Assembly (NCBI GenBank): GCA_963674735.2
Contig: CAXXQS010000001.1
Coordinates: 960,001-1,024,000 of the forward strand
Direction: 5' to 3'
Length of the DNA: 64,000 nucleotides
From: Myxococcota bacterium
Lineage (GTDB): Bacteria; Myxococcota_A; SURF-8
Shown here piece after piece: positions 8,575 through 18,512 of the stretch. The notes beneath the pieces were generated by a model, which searched no databases, was not told the DNA's origin, and was given only the letters and a program-made list of their open reading frames with translations. The position numbers were made by a program, and so were the translations under genes. How positions within the stretch are numbered: the stretch's first letter is position 1; each line of letters begins with the position of its first letter.

Positions 8575-10665
8575 GTGATGTATCGTTGCGTTAGCCTGTG
8601 CTGGAAGCTGATTTTCGTCCTTGCTCTGATGGGTGGGATGGCTTGTTCCTCTTCGGAGGACGACGATTCCATCGGCGATGGTGATCAGGATCGTGATTTA
8701 TCGGTGGATGGCGATAGGGATTCCGAGGAAGACGGCACGGATGATCGACCAGAGGTCGAACCGGCGATCAACTTGGTAGGGGCGGAATTCGCTGAAAACG
8801 CTTTCCGACTTTACGAATATGCCGAACGGGCGTCCTGGCTGGCGCGTCCTTCCGTCTGGGTGGATGGCGTGAGGTTGGAGGCCGGGCAAGCGGGTGCGTG
8901 CGCACAGGAGGGCGGCTTGCCTTACTGGCGATTGGTTTGTCCGTTGGGAGAGGCGGGAACACTGACCTTCGAAGCGGAACGCATCTATGGAAGCAGCGTC
9001 AGTGAGCATATTTGCCCGGATTGTCAAGCGATCAAGGCGAACCGCTTCATGCTCAAAGCCACCTTCGAGGCTTCCAAGTCCGTGACGGTGAGTCGACTGG
9101 AATTTGGCGGTCCCCTTACGATGGCGGATGCGACTTCCTGGCTGTCGCATGGCTTTCAGTCTTGGTCGTCCAGCGGTATGCTGCAACTAGGGCCGAAGCC
9201 GAGCGATGAAGATCTGCAGATCGCGCTCGAAAAGCGCGGCAATGATGAAACCCGGCGACGAGGAACCGAATTGTCGTGGTTTTACACTCTGGTGGGTGGC
9301 GGCAAGATGTCCACGTTTTTGGGAGCTTTAACGGCATCCGTTTGGAAGCCTTGGTTGCAGGTTTACGAGGAGGAAGACGAACTTAAGCTGTTCGCGCATA
9401 GCGGTGCGACGGCCCAAGTGGCGCTGTCTGCCGGAGAATCGATCCAAAGTGAAATCTGGATGATCGCGATGTCTCAATACGAACAGGAATCGTTATCGCG
9501 ATACGGCGAAAGTCTGGATGCGCGTCGCTTGCAACGAGGCGCAGATGCCGCCGTTGCCGAAGCCGGCTGGAACAGTTGGTATGAACTTTGGGACGATGTG
9601 ACCGAGCAGGATGTGCGTGACAATGCCCCGTTGGCAAAAACCATTCTCGGTCCACATCTCCCGTCAAGCGTTCCCTTGCGTATTGCCATTGATGATGGTT
9701 GGCAGAAAGCCTGGGGTGATTGGACACCCAACGAGAAATTCCCCTCGGGTCTCAACGGTTTGGCGGACGACTTGATCGCCGACGGGTACAAAATGGGCGT
9801 TTGGATGGCGCCGCTTCTCGTCGATGAAGATCTCCCACTGGTTACGGAGCATCCCGATTGGTTTGTCGAAGGTGCGGTTTTCGGACATCCCGACCATGGA
9901 CCGATGCGCGTTCTTGACGTCACCCATCCCGATGCGGCAGCCCACCTCAAGTCGTTTATCAGTCGAGTTGTCGGCTGGGGTTACGATTTCCTCAAACTCG
10001 ACTTTTTGTTTGCCGGAACCTATGAAGGCGGACGGCATGAGACTGTTACCGGTATGCAGGCTTTTACACGGGCTTTGCAATTGCTACGTGAAGGCGCGGG
10101 GGATGACACCATTCTGCTTGGGGTCGGGGTGCCGCCGATTCCGACAATCCGTTACTTCGATGCCTGGCGGGTGGGAACGGATATTGCGTTTGAACTGACC
10201 ACCCCGGCTTGGGCCTTCTCAGTTGACCAGGCCCGCTCCATTGCTGCGCGTTGGCCGATTTGTCAGGCCATGCTATGCGATCCCGATCCCCCTATTTTAC
10301 GTGTGATGCCCCAGAATGAGGTTGAGGGTGGTGTGTGGGTGGTCGCGTTGGCGGGCGGGGCTTTATTTTTGTCGGATTATCTGCCGGATCTCGATCCGCA
10401 ACGATACGCATGGGGGCTCGATGAGTCGACGGTTGAAATGTCGTTAACGGGGACATCGGCTACTCCCGAGGACATCTTCCCGACCGAGCCGCCCGAGTAT
10501 CTCAGCACCTCGGTGGAGGACGGCATTCTTGGGTATAATACGCATGTGATTCCAACGTTTTGGACGCTTCAGGATGGTCGAGATCTTTATTTGAATCCGG
10601 GGGAAGAACCGCTAGACATCAACGGAACGACCGTTCCACCGCATTCGGTGGTCGTCAAACCCTAG
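8575..10665 (+). CDS. GH36-family alpha-galactosidase-like lipoprotein
   Basis: Lipobox GGMAC; GWNSWY, IDDGWQ, GVWMAP, LKLDF (nucleophile) and RVGTD (acid/base) motifs. Confidence 0.8.
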   Translation: MMYRCVSLCWKLIFVLALMGGMACSSSEDDDSIGDGDQDRDLSVDGDRDSEEDGTDDRPEVEPAINLVGAEFAENAFRLYEYAERASWLARPSVWVDGVRLEAGQAGACAQEGGLPYWRLVCPLGEAGTLTFEAERIYGSSVSEHICPDCQAIKANRFMLKATFEASKSVTVSRLEFGGPLTMADATSWLSHGFQSWSSSGMLQLGPKPSDEDLQIALEKRGNDETRRRGTELSWFYTLVGGGKMSTFLGALTASVWKPWLQVYEEEDELKLFAHSGATAQVALSAGESIQSEIWMIAMSQYEQESLSRYGESLDARRLQRGADAAVAEAGWNSWYELWDDVTEQDVRDNAPLAKTILGPHLPSSVPLRIAIDDGWQKAWGDWTPNEKFPSGLNGLADDLIADGYKMGVWMAPLLVDEDLPLVTEHPDWFVEGAVFGHPDHGPMRVLDVTHPDAAAHLKSFISRVVGWGYDFLKLDFLFAGTYEGGRHETVTGMQAFTRALQLLREGAGDDTILLGVGVPPIPTIRYFDAWRVGTDIAFELTTPAWAFSVDQARSIAARWPICQAMLCDPDPPILRVMPQNEVEGGVWVVALAGGALFLSDYLPDLDPQRYAWGLDESTVEMSLTGTSATPEDIFPTEPPEYLSTSVEDGILGYNTHVIPTFWTLQDGRDLYLNPGEEPLDINGTTVPPHSVVVKP

Positions 10666-10734
10666 CGTGGTCGTGTTTCGTGCTCCAGCTATTTCAAGGG
10701 GACGTGTTGGCTCAGTACGAACGGTGTTTCTGTC

Positions 10735-11730
10735 TCAAACGCTACGGCGGCTCTTCGCCGTATGCAGATCCAGCAATGATTCTTCCTTGTCGGAAGCATA
10801 TTTGGCGGAAATTGCGTCTGGCACCGAGTCGGGGAAAAGTCGGCAGTAGATGGCGGGTCCGGCAAAGAAAATTCCGATAACGGCAAGGGCGAGACCGGCT
10901 AAGCCGTCGACGGCATAATGGAAATGTCCGTAAACTGTTGCGATACAGAGGCTAACCCACAGAGGCAGCGTATACCAAAATGCTTTGCGAAACAGTTGCC
11001 AGGTCAGAAAGAGAATAGCCAAGGTGCCTGCGACATGACCAGATGGCATGGCGGAGCCGGGAACATCCGCCCCGGAGAGGAAATTGGCGGCCGCTGCTGA
11101 AATGGGCCCGGCCACGATGTGATGAGCAATTTCAGGGTCGTTGTAAAGAGGACCTTCCACGGGAAGTACGGATTGAATCAGGAAGCATGTAAACATAACC
11201 AGACAGCAGACGAACGCGCTGTAGTTGAATTCTTTCTTTTTCTTTGCGAAGTAGAAATACAACACCAGCCAAGGGGTGAGGTAGTAGCTTAAGTAAGAGA
11301 AGTTCATAAACTCCGATAGCCAGTAGTTGTTACCCAATATGTGAACCAGTTCTTTTCCGGGATTGAAGCCGAATAGAAAGAGGTCCGCTTTAAGCATGAA
11401 AGGATCGAAGGGTTCGGAGAAAAACATGTGGGACACCGGTTGTGTCCAATTGAAGAAAGCGCCAAGCAACAAGGCCGGGTAAAGATAACGGACAAACCGC
11501 AGCAGCGGGTTCTGAATGAGAATATGTGAGCTGCGATCGATCAGCGGAACGGCAATCAGGCTGAAAGCCAGAACCAACAGGTAATTCCCGGCATACTGAA
11601 GCGTTGTTGCGGTTCCCAGTACTTCGAAGCGCGAAAGGATCAACAAGGCCGATATCGCACAGAACAGGACCGTAATTTTATCGACCGGCAACAGCGTTTT
11701 CCAGAAACTACCTAGTTTTGCAGACATCAT
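10735..11730 (-). CDS. PAP2-superfamily membrane phosphoesterase/phosphotransferase (Aur1/IPC-synthase-like)
   Basis: SYLSYY, PVEGP, AMPSGH and HFHYAVD motifs; multiple TM segments. Confidence 0.8.
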   Translation of the reverse strand: MMSAKLGSFWKTLLPVDKITVLFCAISALLILSRFEVLGTATTLQYAGNYLLVLAFSLIAVPLIDRSSHILIQNPLLRFVRYLYPALLLGAFFNWTQPVSHMFFSEPFDPFMLKADLFLFGFNPGKELVHILGNNYWLSEFMNFSYLSYYLTPWLVLYFYFAKKKKEFNYSAFVCCLVMFTCFLIQSVLPVEGPLYNDPEIAHHIVAGPISAAAANFLSGADVPGSAMPSGHVAGTLAILFLTWQLFRKAFWYTLPLWVSLCIATVYGHFHYAVDGLAGLALAVIGIFFAGPAIYCRLFPDSVPDAISAKYASDKEESLLDLHTAKSRRSV

Positions 11731-14283
11731 TCACATCTCTTTGATTGTTTCAGTATGGACTACCGGAGCTTTCACTCGTTCCCGATTTCCGCTTTCAGTG
11801 TATTTCAGCAGAAAGGGCATCAGAAGGATAACGGCCAGCCAGCTTGCCGCGATTCCGATCGTGCCGAATTGGCCAATTGTCTGTAATCCCTTGTGATCCA
11901 CAAATAACAAGCCCATAAAGCCTGCCATGGTCGTGATACTGCTGGCGGAGACCGTTAGACCCGTACTCGCAATGATTCCGGATATGGGAAGTGAACCGCT
12001 TTGTCTATGGCTTAAGTATAGGTGGATTGCGCCATCGATACCAACTCCCAAAATCACCGGAATGACGATGATGTTGTAAAGGCTCAGGCGAATATCCAGC
12101 AATCCCATAATCCCGGCGGTCCATAGCCCGCCCAGTGCCAATACGGCAAACAAAACGATTGTGGGTTTGATCTTTCTCAAGAACAAAAGAAGAATAACGA
12201 CCAGAACAATCGAGACGATGACCAGAAGCCTTAGACCGTCCGACTTGACCATCCGCATGACGTCGGAAAGAATAAAGCGGCTGCTGGCAATGGGCAACCA
12301 CAAACCGCCGAATGTCAGATGTCCGTAACGGTCCTGAAACTCTTGGCCGGAGTATACGTTCCATTCATCGATGTCGGCGTATATGAGTCCGATGTTCCCG
12401 ATTTCTCCGTTGGCTTCGGTTACCATCCGGCGCGCCCATTTCGGCAATTGACTGTGATCGAAGGGCTCGGCTTGGGTCATACCCGCCAGTTCATCGATCA
12501 GCCGTCCCTTGTCTCCATCGATATCCTGAAGCGCTTTTTTCTCAAGAAGCGTTCCGATGCTTTTGATTACTTTGCGACGCTTGACTTGGTCGGCCATCGT
12601 TGGAACAAAGGTGTGGTAGGTGATAAAGCTCTTTATTGTCTCATCTTTCTCCACAACCAGTTTGTTTAGGAGGTAATCGTGAACCTCTTTCATGGTCGCA
12701 CGATCTTTGGCCAGCACGATAGCCGGTGCGGTGCCCGAATCCGTTCCAATGGCGCGCATGTAATCGATGGGAGTCTCGGTGCCGGGAGCCATGATGTTGC
12801 GGATGTCGTATTCGAATTGCGTGTCAGGCGTGTAGGCCGCCAGCCCGGCTATGATGGCTAGGGTGAAGAAAAAGGCATAGGTGGCCGCTCGGTCGAAGTC
12901 CATGCCGAAGTTCAGTCGACCGGCAAAGCCTCCGAATATCGATGTTTTGGGGAGTGTCCGGATTGGACGGATAAGCTGGATGAAGAAAATCAGGGGCGGA
13001 ATCATCAGGATGGATATCGCGGCGCACAACACCAATCCGATCGAGGCCACGACTCCGAACTCGCGAAAACCTTCGAAATGTCCCGTCAGGAGAACCAGCA
13101 ATGCTGCGATGGTCGTCGCGGCGGCGGCAAACAGAACTTGTCCGGTTTCGTACAGACTGGTGTTTAAGGCTTCGGCCAGGGCCTGACCTTTTTGAATTTC
13201 GAGTTGTGCTCGGCGAAAGAGATGAATCCCATAATCGATACCGATACCAACCAGCAAGGCCAGGATAAAAATCGTCAGAACCGTCAAGCGACCATAGGTC
13301 AGTGAAACGATCCCCATCGTGATGCAGGCGGCAGCGATAAGGGGGATAAAGATCACCAAAACGGTACGGAAAGAGCGGAAAAACGCGATGACAATGAGTA
13401 AGACAAGACAAACACTGATCAAGGTCGCCGTTTGCCCATCGCTGGCCAACGCCTTGATTTCGTTGAATTTCCGATAAGCCCCCACGACCTCGGCCCGCAT
13501 GCTGGCGGAGAGACCAGATGGGTCGATGTCTCGAATCAATGCTTCTCCGCGTAAAAGCGCGAATTTGCAGTAATCGACATCGGTCGAGGCCCGATTCAGT
13601 TTGACCAGAATCACGCCGACGTCACCTTCGGGCGCAATCAGGCGGTCGGAATAGACGTCTGGGAGCGTCGGTGTTTTTTTCGTCGTTGAGTCGGAATCAC
13701 AGTTATTGAAAAAAGCGTTGAAGCTGCGGCAAACCTGCGAAGGCAAGCCCATCCTCCAAGGAATGTCTTCGCTGTACCAGTCATCGAGGCCTTCGTCGTA
13801 TTCGCCGTCGAGCAAATCGACCAACCCGGGCATCTTTTTTGCCGACGCCGACGATATCTCTTCTTCAAGCAGAAAATGTAGATTTACGAGTTCTTTTTTC
13901 TCAAGGTAATAGAGGGCATGTTTGCGGAAAAACTCGGTGTTTCTACCTATTTGTACCCAATCCGCGTCTTCCCATTCGGCTTCGATACGCGATTTGAGGA
14001 TGTCCTGCATCTTAGCGATGGCAGCGACATCTCCCGATTTAGACTCGATGGCGATGGTAAAGAAATCAATTGCACCGATGCGGTCTTCGCTGATTTCCAA
14101 CGCGCGCACGGAGTCGGTTCCTTCGGGGAGTAGCGCAGCTAGGTCAGTTTCAATGCTGAGCTTTTGAGTGGCCAGAACCAATCCGATCACGGCGATGATA
14201 AGATAAACGACCAGCAGCATCGCGGGACGTTTTTCTGCTAAACTGATGTACGACTGTACGAATCGCTTGTAGTAATGAGTCAT
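11731..14283 (-). CDS. MMPL/RND-family lipid transporter
   Basis: Two repeats of TM + large loop + 5 TM; GIGIDYGIH and GVGIDGAIH motifs. Confidence 0.88.
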   Translation of the reverse strand: MTHYYKRFVQSYISLAEKRPAMLLVVYLIIAVIGLVLATQKLSIETDLAALLPEGTDSVRALEISEDRIGAIDFFTIAIESKSGDVAAIAKMQDILKSRIEAEWEDADWVQIGRNTEFFRKHALYYLEKKELVNLHFLLEEEISSASAKKMPGLVDLLDGEYDEGLDDWYSEDIPWRMGLPSQVCRSFNAFFNNCDSDSTTKKTPTLPDVYSDRLIAPEGDVGVILVKLNRASTDVDYCKFALLRGEALIRDIDPSGLSASMRAEVVGAYRKFNEIKALASDGQTATLISVCLVLLIVIAFFRSFRTVLVIFIPLIAAACITMGIVSLTYGRLTVLTIFILALLVGIGIDYGIHLFRRAQLEIQKGQALAEALNTSLYETGQVLFAAAATTIAALLVLLTGHFEGFREFGVVASIGLVLCAAISILMIPPLIFFIQLIRPIRTLPKTSIFGGFAGRLNFGMDFDRAATYAFFFTLAIIAGLAAYTPDTQFEYDIRNIMAPGTETPIDYMRAIGTDSGTAPAIVLAKDRATMKEVHDYLLNKLVVEKDETIKSFITYHTFVPTMADQVKRRKVIKSIGTLLEKKALQDIDGDKGRLIDELAGMTQAEPFDHSQLPKWARRMVTEANGEIGNIGLIYADIDEWNVYSGQEFQDRYGHLTFGGLWLPIASSRFILSDVMRMVKSDGLRLLVIVSIVLVVILLLFLRKIKPTIVLFAVLALGGLWTAGIMGLLDIRLSLYNIIVIPVILGVGIDGAIHLYLSHRQSGSLPISGIIASTGLTVSASSITTMAGFMGLLFVDHKGLQTIGQFGTIGIAASWLAVILLMPFLLKYTESGNRERVKAPVVHTETIKEM

Positions 14284-14631
14284 TGTCTACTTCAGGCTAT
14301 CCGGCAAACACCACTCGCGAGCAGTCTCCGATGGTAGGTGCTTGACTTGAATCATGATTTAATTTTTCGAAACGTATCGACATCATCGGGAATAAGGGAG
14401 GTCAGACCCGAAGGTGTGAGCATCATACAGGCAATCCAGGAAAAGTCAAACACTAGTAATGGAAGGTTAAAGACCTTACACTTCAAGCTTTGAAGACCGA
14501 CTCGCCCGAAATGGGGGAGGAGGATACGGAAAAGCGGGCATGAGAACCCGCAGATCGTCATTTGTTATCGCCGATTCCGTGTGTTCGAAAATAGAGGATG
14601 CATCTCCAAATAGAAAAGGAGTGCGGATTTC

Positions 14632-16200
14632 CTATTTCGACGGCACGCAAACGTCGGCGGGGCTGCCGGAACAACAGAGTGGCTCGGAACGTTGGCAGAC
14701 CGAGTTACCCATCGGTTCGCCGTTTAAGCGAGCTTGCGCCCAGGCCAGTTGTTCCGGTAGCGACCAGACCGCGCCCTCGCTATGACCGGCGTCGGCGCAT
14801 TCCAAATAGTCGAGTTGATAGCCGATCGCGCAAAGTTCGTCGAATTCATCCCGTTGTGGAGCCGTGATCACCAAGTCGTCGAGCTCCGATAAGACCACCA
14901 GGGTAGGAGTGTAGCGCAAAACCGGGACGCTGCTGAGGCGAAGTTTGCTTTCCTTGAGGTAGCAATCGAAAGGATCGATCGCATCCCAGTCGCCTGCGCC
15001 GACGGCATCGACGAATTCCGATGCATAAAGATCGGAAATCTGGTCGCCTTCGATATCCTCGCCTACCTTGCATTCTTCTCCATCGATGAAAATGATTTCC
15101 TCGGCATTGTCTGCAAAGAAATAAGGCTCCGAATTACTGAACACGCTTTCCAGATTCGTTGGAGCCCCGTACCAGGCGCGCATGGTTGTTAGGACCGCAG
15201 CCAACGAAACCGTGGGAGGCGAAAAGGACGCAAGTCCGTATTCCACCAAGGCGAGGGTGTCGATAGGCGGCACAGCCGCCACGACACCTCGAACGGAAAA
15301 TTCCGGAGCATAATAAGGGGCATACAACTCGGCAAAGACCGCCGCATGTCCACCCTGGGATCCACCCCATATGATGGTGTCGAGTGATGGCTCAACGCCG
15401 TCTTCCAACTCATCGATCAGGAAAGTACGAGCCGCTCGCAACGCATCCCAAGATCCGAGGGCGACCTGTTCGCCGATGAGGTAACCATGCGTGGTGGTGG
15501 ATGCTGCGCCGAAACCGTTCATCCCGATATAATCGGGTAATACGGTCACGAAGCCCAGCGAACCCAGAAGCGCCGCTTGTGCCTGAGCATCGCCGTGTCG
15601 GCTGGGGGCGCAAGGATCGGAAAAGCCCGAAGTGCCATGCAGGAAGACGGCCTGCGGTTTCGGACCGTCGGGCAAATCGGCGTTGGCTGGAATGGCCAAA
15701 ACAGCAGTGGCTTCGACGGCTTGCCCGCGATCCTGAGTCGTGTAGCGGAAGCGGAAGACGCGACAGCCATAGGGGACGGGAGAGAGTGCGTCGTAGCCCG
15801 CCTGAGACAAAATGCCGTCCACCGCACCCGGGGTCAGGTTGAAGAAGGGATCCTCTTCCCAATCGATCAAACTGCCCAACTGATCGGAGGGTAACAAGGT
15901 ATATTCCGGCATATCGCATAGGGCTACCGGCGGAACCGGAACCGGGACTTCTTCGCCATCGTCATCCGTATCGCCATCGGAACCATCACCGTCTGAGCTG
16001 TCGCCGTCGGGATCGTCGCCGTCAGGATCGTCGCCGTCGGGATCATCGCCATCGGGATCGTCGCCATCAGCGTCGCCGTCCGATTCCACCGTATCCGACT
16101 GGTCTGTGTCGCCGTCGGGATTGCTTGAATCGTCGCCGCAGCCTTGCAGCCATAAGGTGGAAAGAAACAGGATAAAGAATGAATACAAAATCTTGCGCAT
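14632..16200 (-). CDS. Secretory lipase-family alpha/beta hydrolase lipoprotein with DGD-rich linker
   Basis: Lipobox WLQGC; HGTSG, PDYIG, WGGSQGGHA nucleophile elbow; Asp in DDLV, His in AGH. Confidence 0.82.
   Translation of the reverse strand: MRKILYSFFILFLSTLWLQGCGDDSSNPDGDTDQSDTVESDGDADGDDPDGDDPDGDDPDGDDPDGDSSDGDGSDGDTDDDGEEVPVPVPPVALCDMPEYTLLPSDQLGSLIDWEEDPFFNLTPGAVDGILSQAGYDALSPVPYGCRVFRFRYTTQDRGQAVEATAVLAIPANADLPDGPKPQAVFLHGTSGFSDPCAPSRHGDAQAQAALLGSLGFVTVLPDYIGMNGFGAASTTTHGYLIGEQVALGSWDALRAARTFLIDELEDGVEPSLDTIIWGGSQGGHAAVFAELYAPYYAPEFSVRGVVAAVPPIDTLALVEYGLASFSPPTVSLAAVLTTMRAWYGAPTNLESVFSNSEPYFFADNAEEIIFIDGEECKVGEDIEGDQISDLYASEFVDAVGAGDWDAIDPFDCYLKESKLRLSSVPVLRYTPTLVVLSELDDLVITAPQRDEFDELCAIGYQLDYLECADAGHSEGAVWSLPEQLAWAQARLNGEPMGNSVCQRSEPLCCSGSPADVCVPSK
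15955..16120. repeat. 15-bp coding repeat (PDGDD x4 plus degenerate DGD units)
   Basis: tcgccgtcgggatcg-like units in tandem at about 16001-16070. Confidence 0.75.
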
Positions 16201-16477
16201 AATCCACTCCTCGATTTATCGGTCACGGTTTCCTGGAATGCTTGTGTCAAGTATCCAGATTTCAATCGAAGTGCGATCATACGGTATTCTGTCCCAGTCG
16301 CCAAATATAAAACTAATACTGAATCAGACTATTCTCCAGAACCCTGAAAAGGAAAATCGGTAGATGTATTGAAAGTCGTTGAAATGATCGGAGAAAATGT
16401 GCTAGAAAAACAGCGCATTGGATGGATTCAGAAGTAAAACAGGACGCCGCGCAGCGGACCTGTCACAGGAGGTGCTC

Positions 16478-18250
16478 ATGTTTGCGCAGAGATTCGGATG
16501 GCTGATCGTACTGTTTTTGAGCGGATGGCTCGTTGTCGGGTGTGGAGGCGATGAGGATACGTCTACTAATCCCGACGGTGATCAGGATGTAGATTTGGAA
16601 GATGCCTTGGATGGCGATGATCCCGATGGTGATGAGCCCGATGGTGATTTGGACGGTGATACGGATGCGGTCGAAGGACCGATGCCCGATGAAAGCTTGA
16701 CACCACCTCCGCTGCCATCCGATGAATTGGGCTTTGTTCTGCCCGAACGGGAAGCTTTGGGTGAGAATCCGACACAACAGGAGATTACCGATTTCACTAA
16801 AAAAGTGACGGCTTTCTTTAAAGATACCAACTATTTCGATTGGGTTTGGCGCACCAGTCACGGTTTGGATAAAAGCTACGATGCGGACATGATGGACTAC
16901 AAAATGTGGTGGCAGGATTGCGGCATGCGAAAAGAAGGCGACACGATCGTGTTCACGCATACCGGACGTGCCGAGAATATTCTCAAGCGTACTGTCAAGG
17001 TGATGATCAGCGCGGCTTCGGGCTATCAGCTCACCGGCGATGAACGTATGGCGGAAGTGGCCACGCAATTGATGAAGGGTATCGTGGCGTTGTCGTTGGG
17101 AATGGAGTTCGAGAGTGAAGATCCCATCGTGAAGTATTTGCAGGCACGAGCCATTTTCAATCACAATCACAGCTACACCGTGGATGATCGTTCGGTGTCC
17201 GTCGATTACACCCCCATGTATTGGGACGAAACCCACGAACGCTGGTACAAATGGAACGTGCACGTGTTTGAAATTCCGGATAACCCGACCTATGGCCAGA
17301 TCTGGATTTCGAATATGCGTTCCAAAGACGACGTTCCCTACGTTTTCATGAGCCTGCCGACCGTCACCCGTGTTTTTCATGAAACCGATAATGCAGAACT
17401 ACGTGCCGCCGCTGAGTTGTATCTCGAATACATGCGAGGATTTTCGCAGAGCATCGTCGATAGCGACTGGTATATCCTGACCAAATACAATGACGGAAGG
17501 ACGGATATCGCGCTCGATTACACCATCGGGGATACGCTCGAAGAGCATACACCCGCCGATCTGGGAAGCTTCGTCCATTGGGAAATCGTTTACGGTCCGG
17601 AGGCCGAGTGCAATGCCCAATTGGGGGCGGCGATGACCGGTTATGGGTTCCCGGCGGGAAAAGGCGATTGCGGGGGCGGCTCTTTGGGCACACCTGGCTG
17701 GTCCTTAGAGAAAAGCGCTTTTGCCGGAAATTGGTTTAACTACAATATTTACAACTACTTCCACATCGGTGCGTTGGCGTCATCGCATACCTGGGGCTAT
17801 ACGGACATCACATCGTCGCTGATGGACGGTCTGGTGGCTCGTTTCGAGGAAATTCGCACCAATCCGAACATGCCCAACAACGATCACCACGAGTTTGCTT
17901 CGGATAAAGCGGGATGGTTGATTTCGGCGGCGACGCACGGTTATCCGCTCACGGCGCAAGAAGCGCGGCATATCATGCAGTGGTATGGGGAAAGTTCCGA
18001 TTGGTATCGGCCATGGCCGCACTGGGATCCCTGGGCCAGCATGGCCGATGGAGAAGAATTTTCAGATTACAAAGCCCCACGTGACGAGTGGGTGGATGAT
18101 GGTCAGGGCGGCACCATGGAAAAAACCTACGTGCGTCTGGTCGAGATGCCGTACATCTTCGAGTATTGCAATTCGCCTTTACGCGACACCGGGGTTCAAT
18201 TCATCGATTGCGATATCGTGGCCGATCCAACCCAGTGGGGCGAAGAGTAA
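16478..18250 (+). CDS. Lipoprotein of unknown function with DGD-rich linker
   Basis: AGGAGG RBS before ATG 16478; lipobox LVVGC; aromatic-rich globular domain. Confidence 0.75.
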   Translation: MFAQRFGWLIVLFLSGWLVVGCGGDEDTSTNPDGDQDVDLEDALDGDDPDGDEPDGDLDGDTDAVEGPMPDESLTPPPLPSDELGFVLPEREALGENPTQQEITDFTKKVTAFFKDTNYFDWVWRTSHGLDKSYDADMMDYKMWWQDCGMRKEGDTIVFTHTGRAENILKRTVKVMISAASGYQLTGDERMAEVATQLMKGIVALSLGMEFESEDPIVKYLQARAIFNHNHSYTVDDRSVSVDYTPMYWDETHERWYKWNVHVFEIPDNPTYGQIWISNMRSKDDVPYVFMSLPTVTRVFHETDNAELRAAAELYLEYMRGFSQSIVDSDWYILTKYNDGRTDIALDYTIGDTLEEHTPADLGSFVHWEIVYGPEAECNAQLGAAMTGYGFPAGKGDCGGGSLGTPGWSLEKSAFAGNWFNYNIYNYFHIGALASSHTWGYTDITSSLMDGLVARFEEIRTNPNMPNNDHHEFASDKAGWLISAATHGYPLTAQEARHIMQWYGESSDWYRPWPHWDPWASMADGEEFSDYKAPRDEWVDDGQGGTMEKTYVRLVEMPYIFEYCNSPLRDTGVQFIDCDIVADPTQWGEE

Positions 18251-18274
18251 CGTTCTCGTCCAAATTGGTTCGTT

Positions 18275-18303
18275 ACAACGCCGCCCCAAAAGGGCGGCGT
18301 TGT
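18275..18303 (+). terminator. Hairpin terminator
   Basis: Perfect 12-bp stem acaacgccgccc-caaaa-gggcggcgttgt about 25 nt after the stop. Confidence 0.7.
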
Positions 18304-18512
18304 TGCGTTCTGCGTTTCGGGGGAGTTCTTTGTGACCTTGCATCCTTGCACGCCATCCGGTATAAAGGCGTCATCATCCAAGAGAGAGACATCAGCGTTA
18401 TGGCGTGACGCTTTATCGCCATTTTAGAGATATTTTCCGACGTTTTGTCCAGCGGATCGGACCTAAAAGGCGGAATCGGCCTTTTCGCACGAGCGAAGAA
18501 GGGAACCAATCA

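Noticed and set aside
14284-14631. Intergenic region as a possible sRNA or small ORF
   Set aside because: Only weak hairpins and unconvincing short ORFs; nothing supportable.
16463-17380. 305-aa minus-strand ORF
   Set aside because: Antisense to a lipoprotein gene that has a clear RBS, lipobox and terminator.
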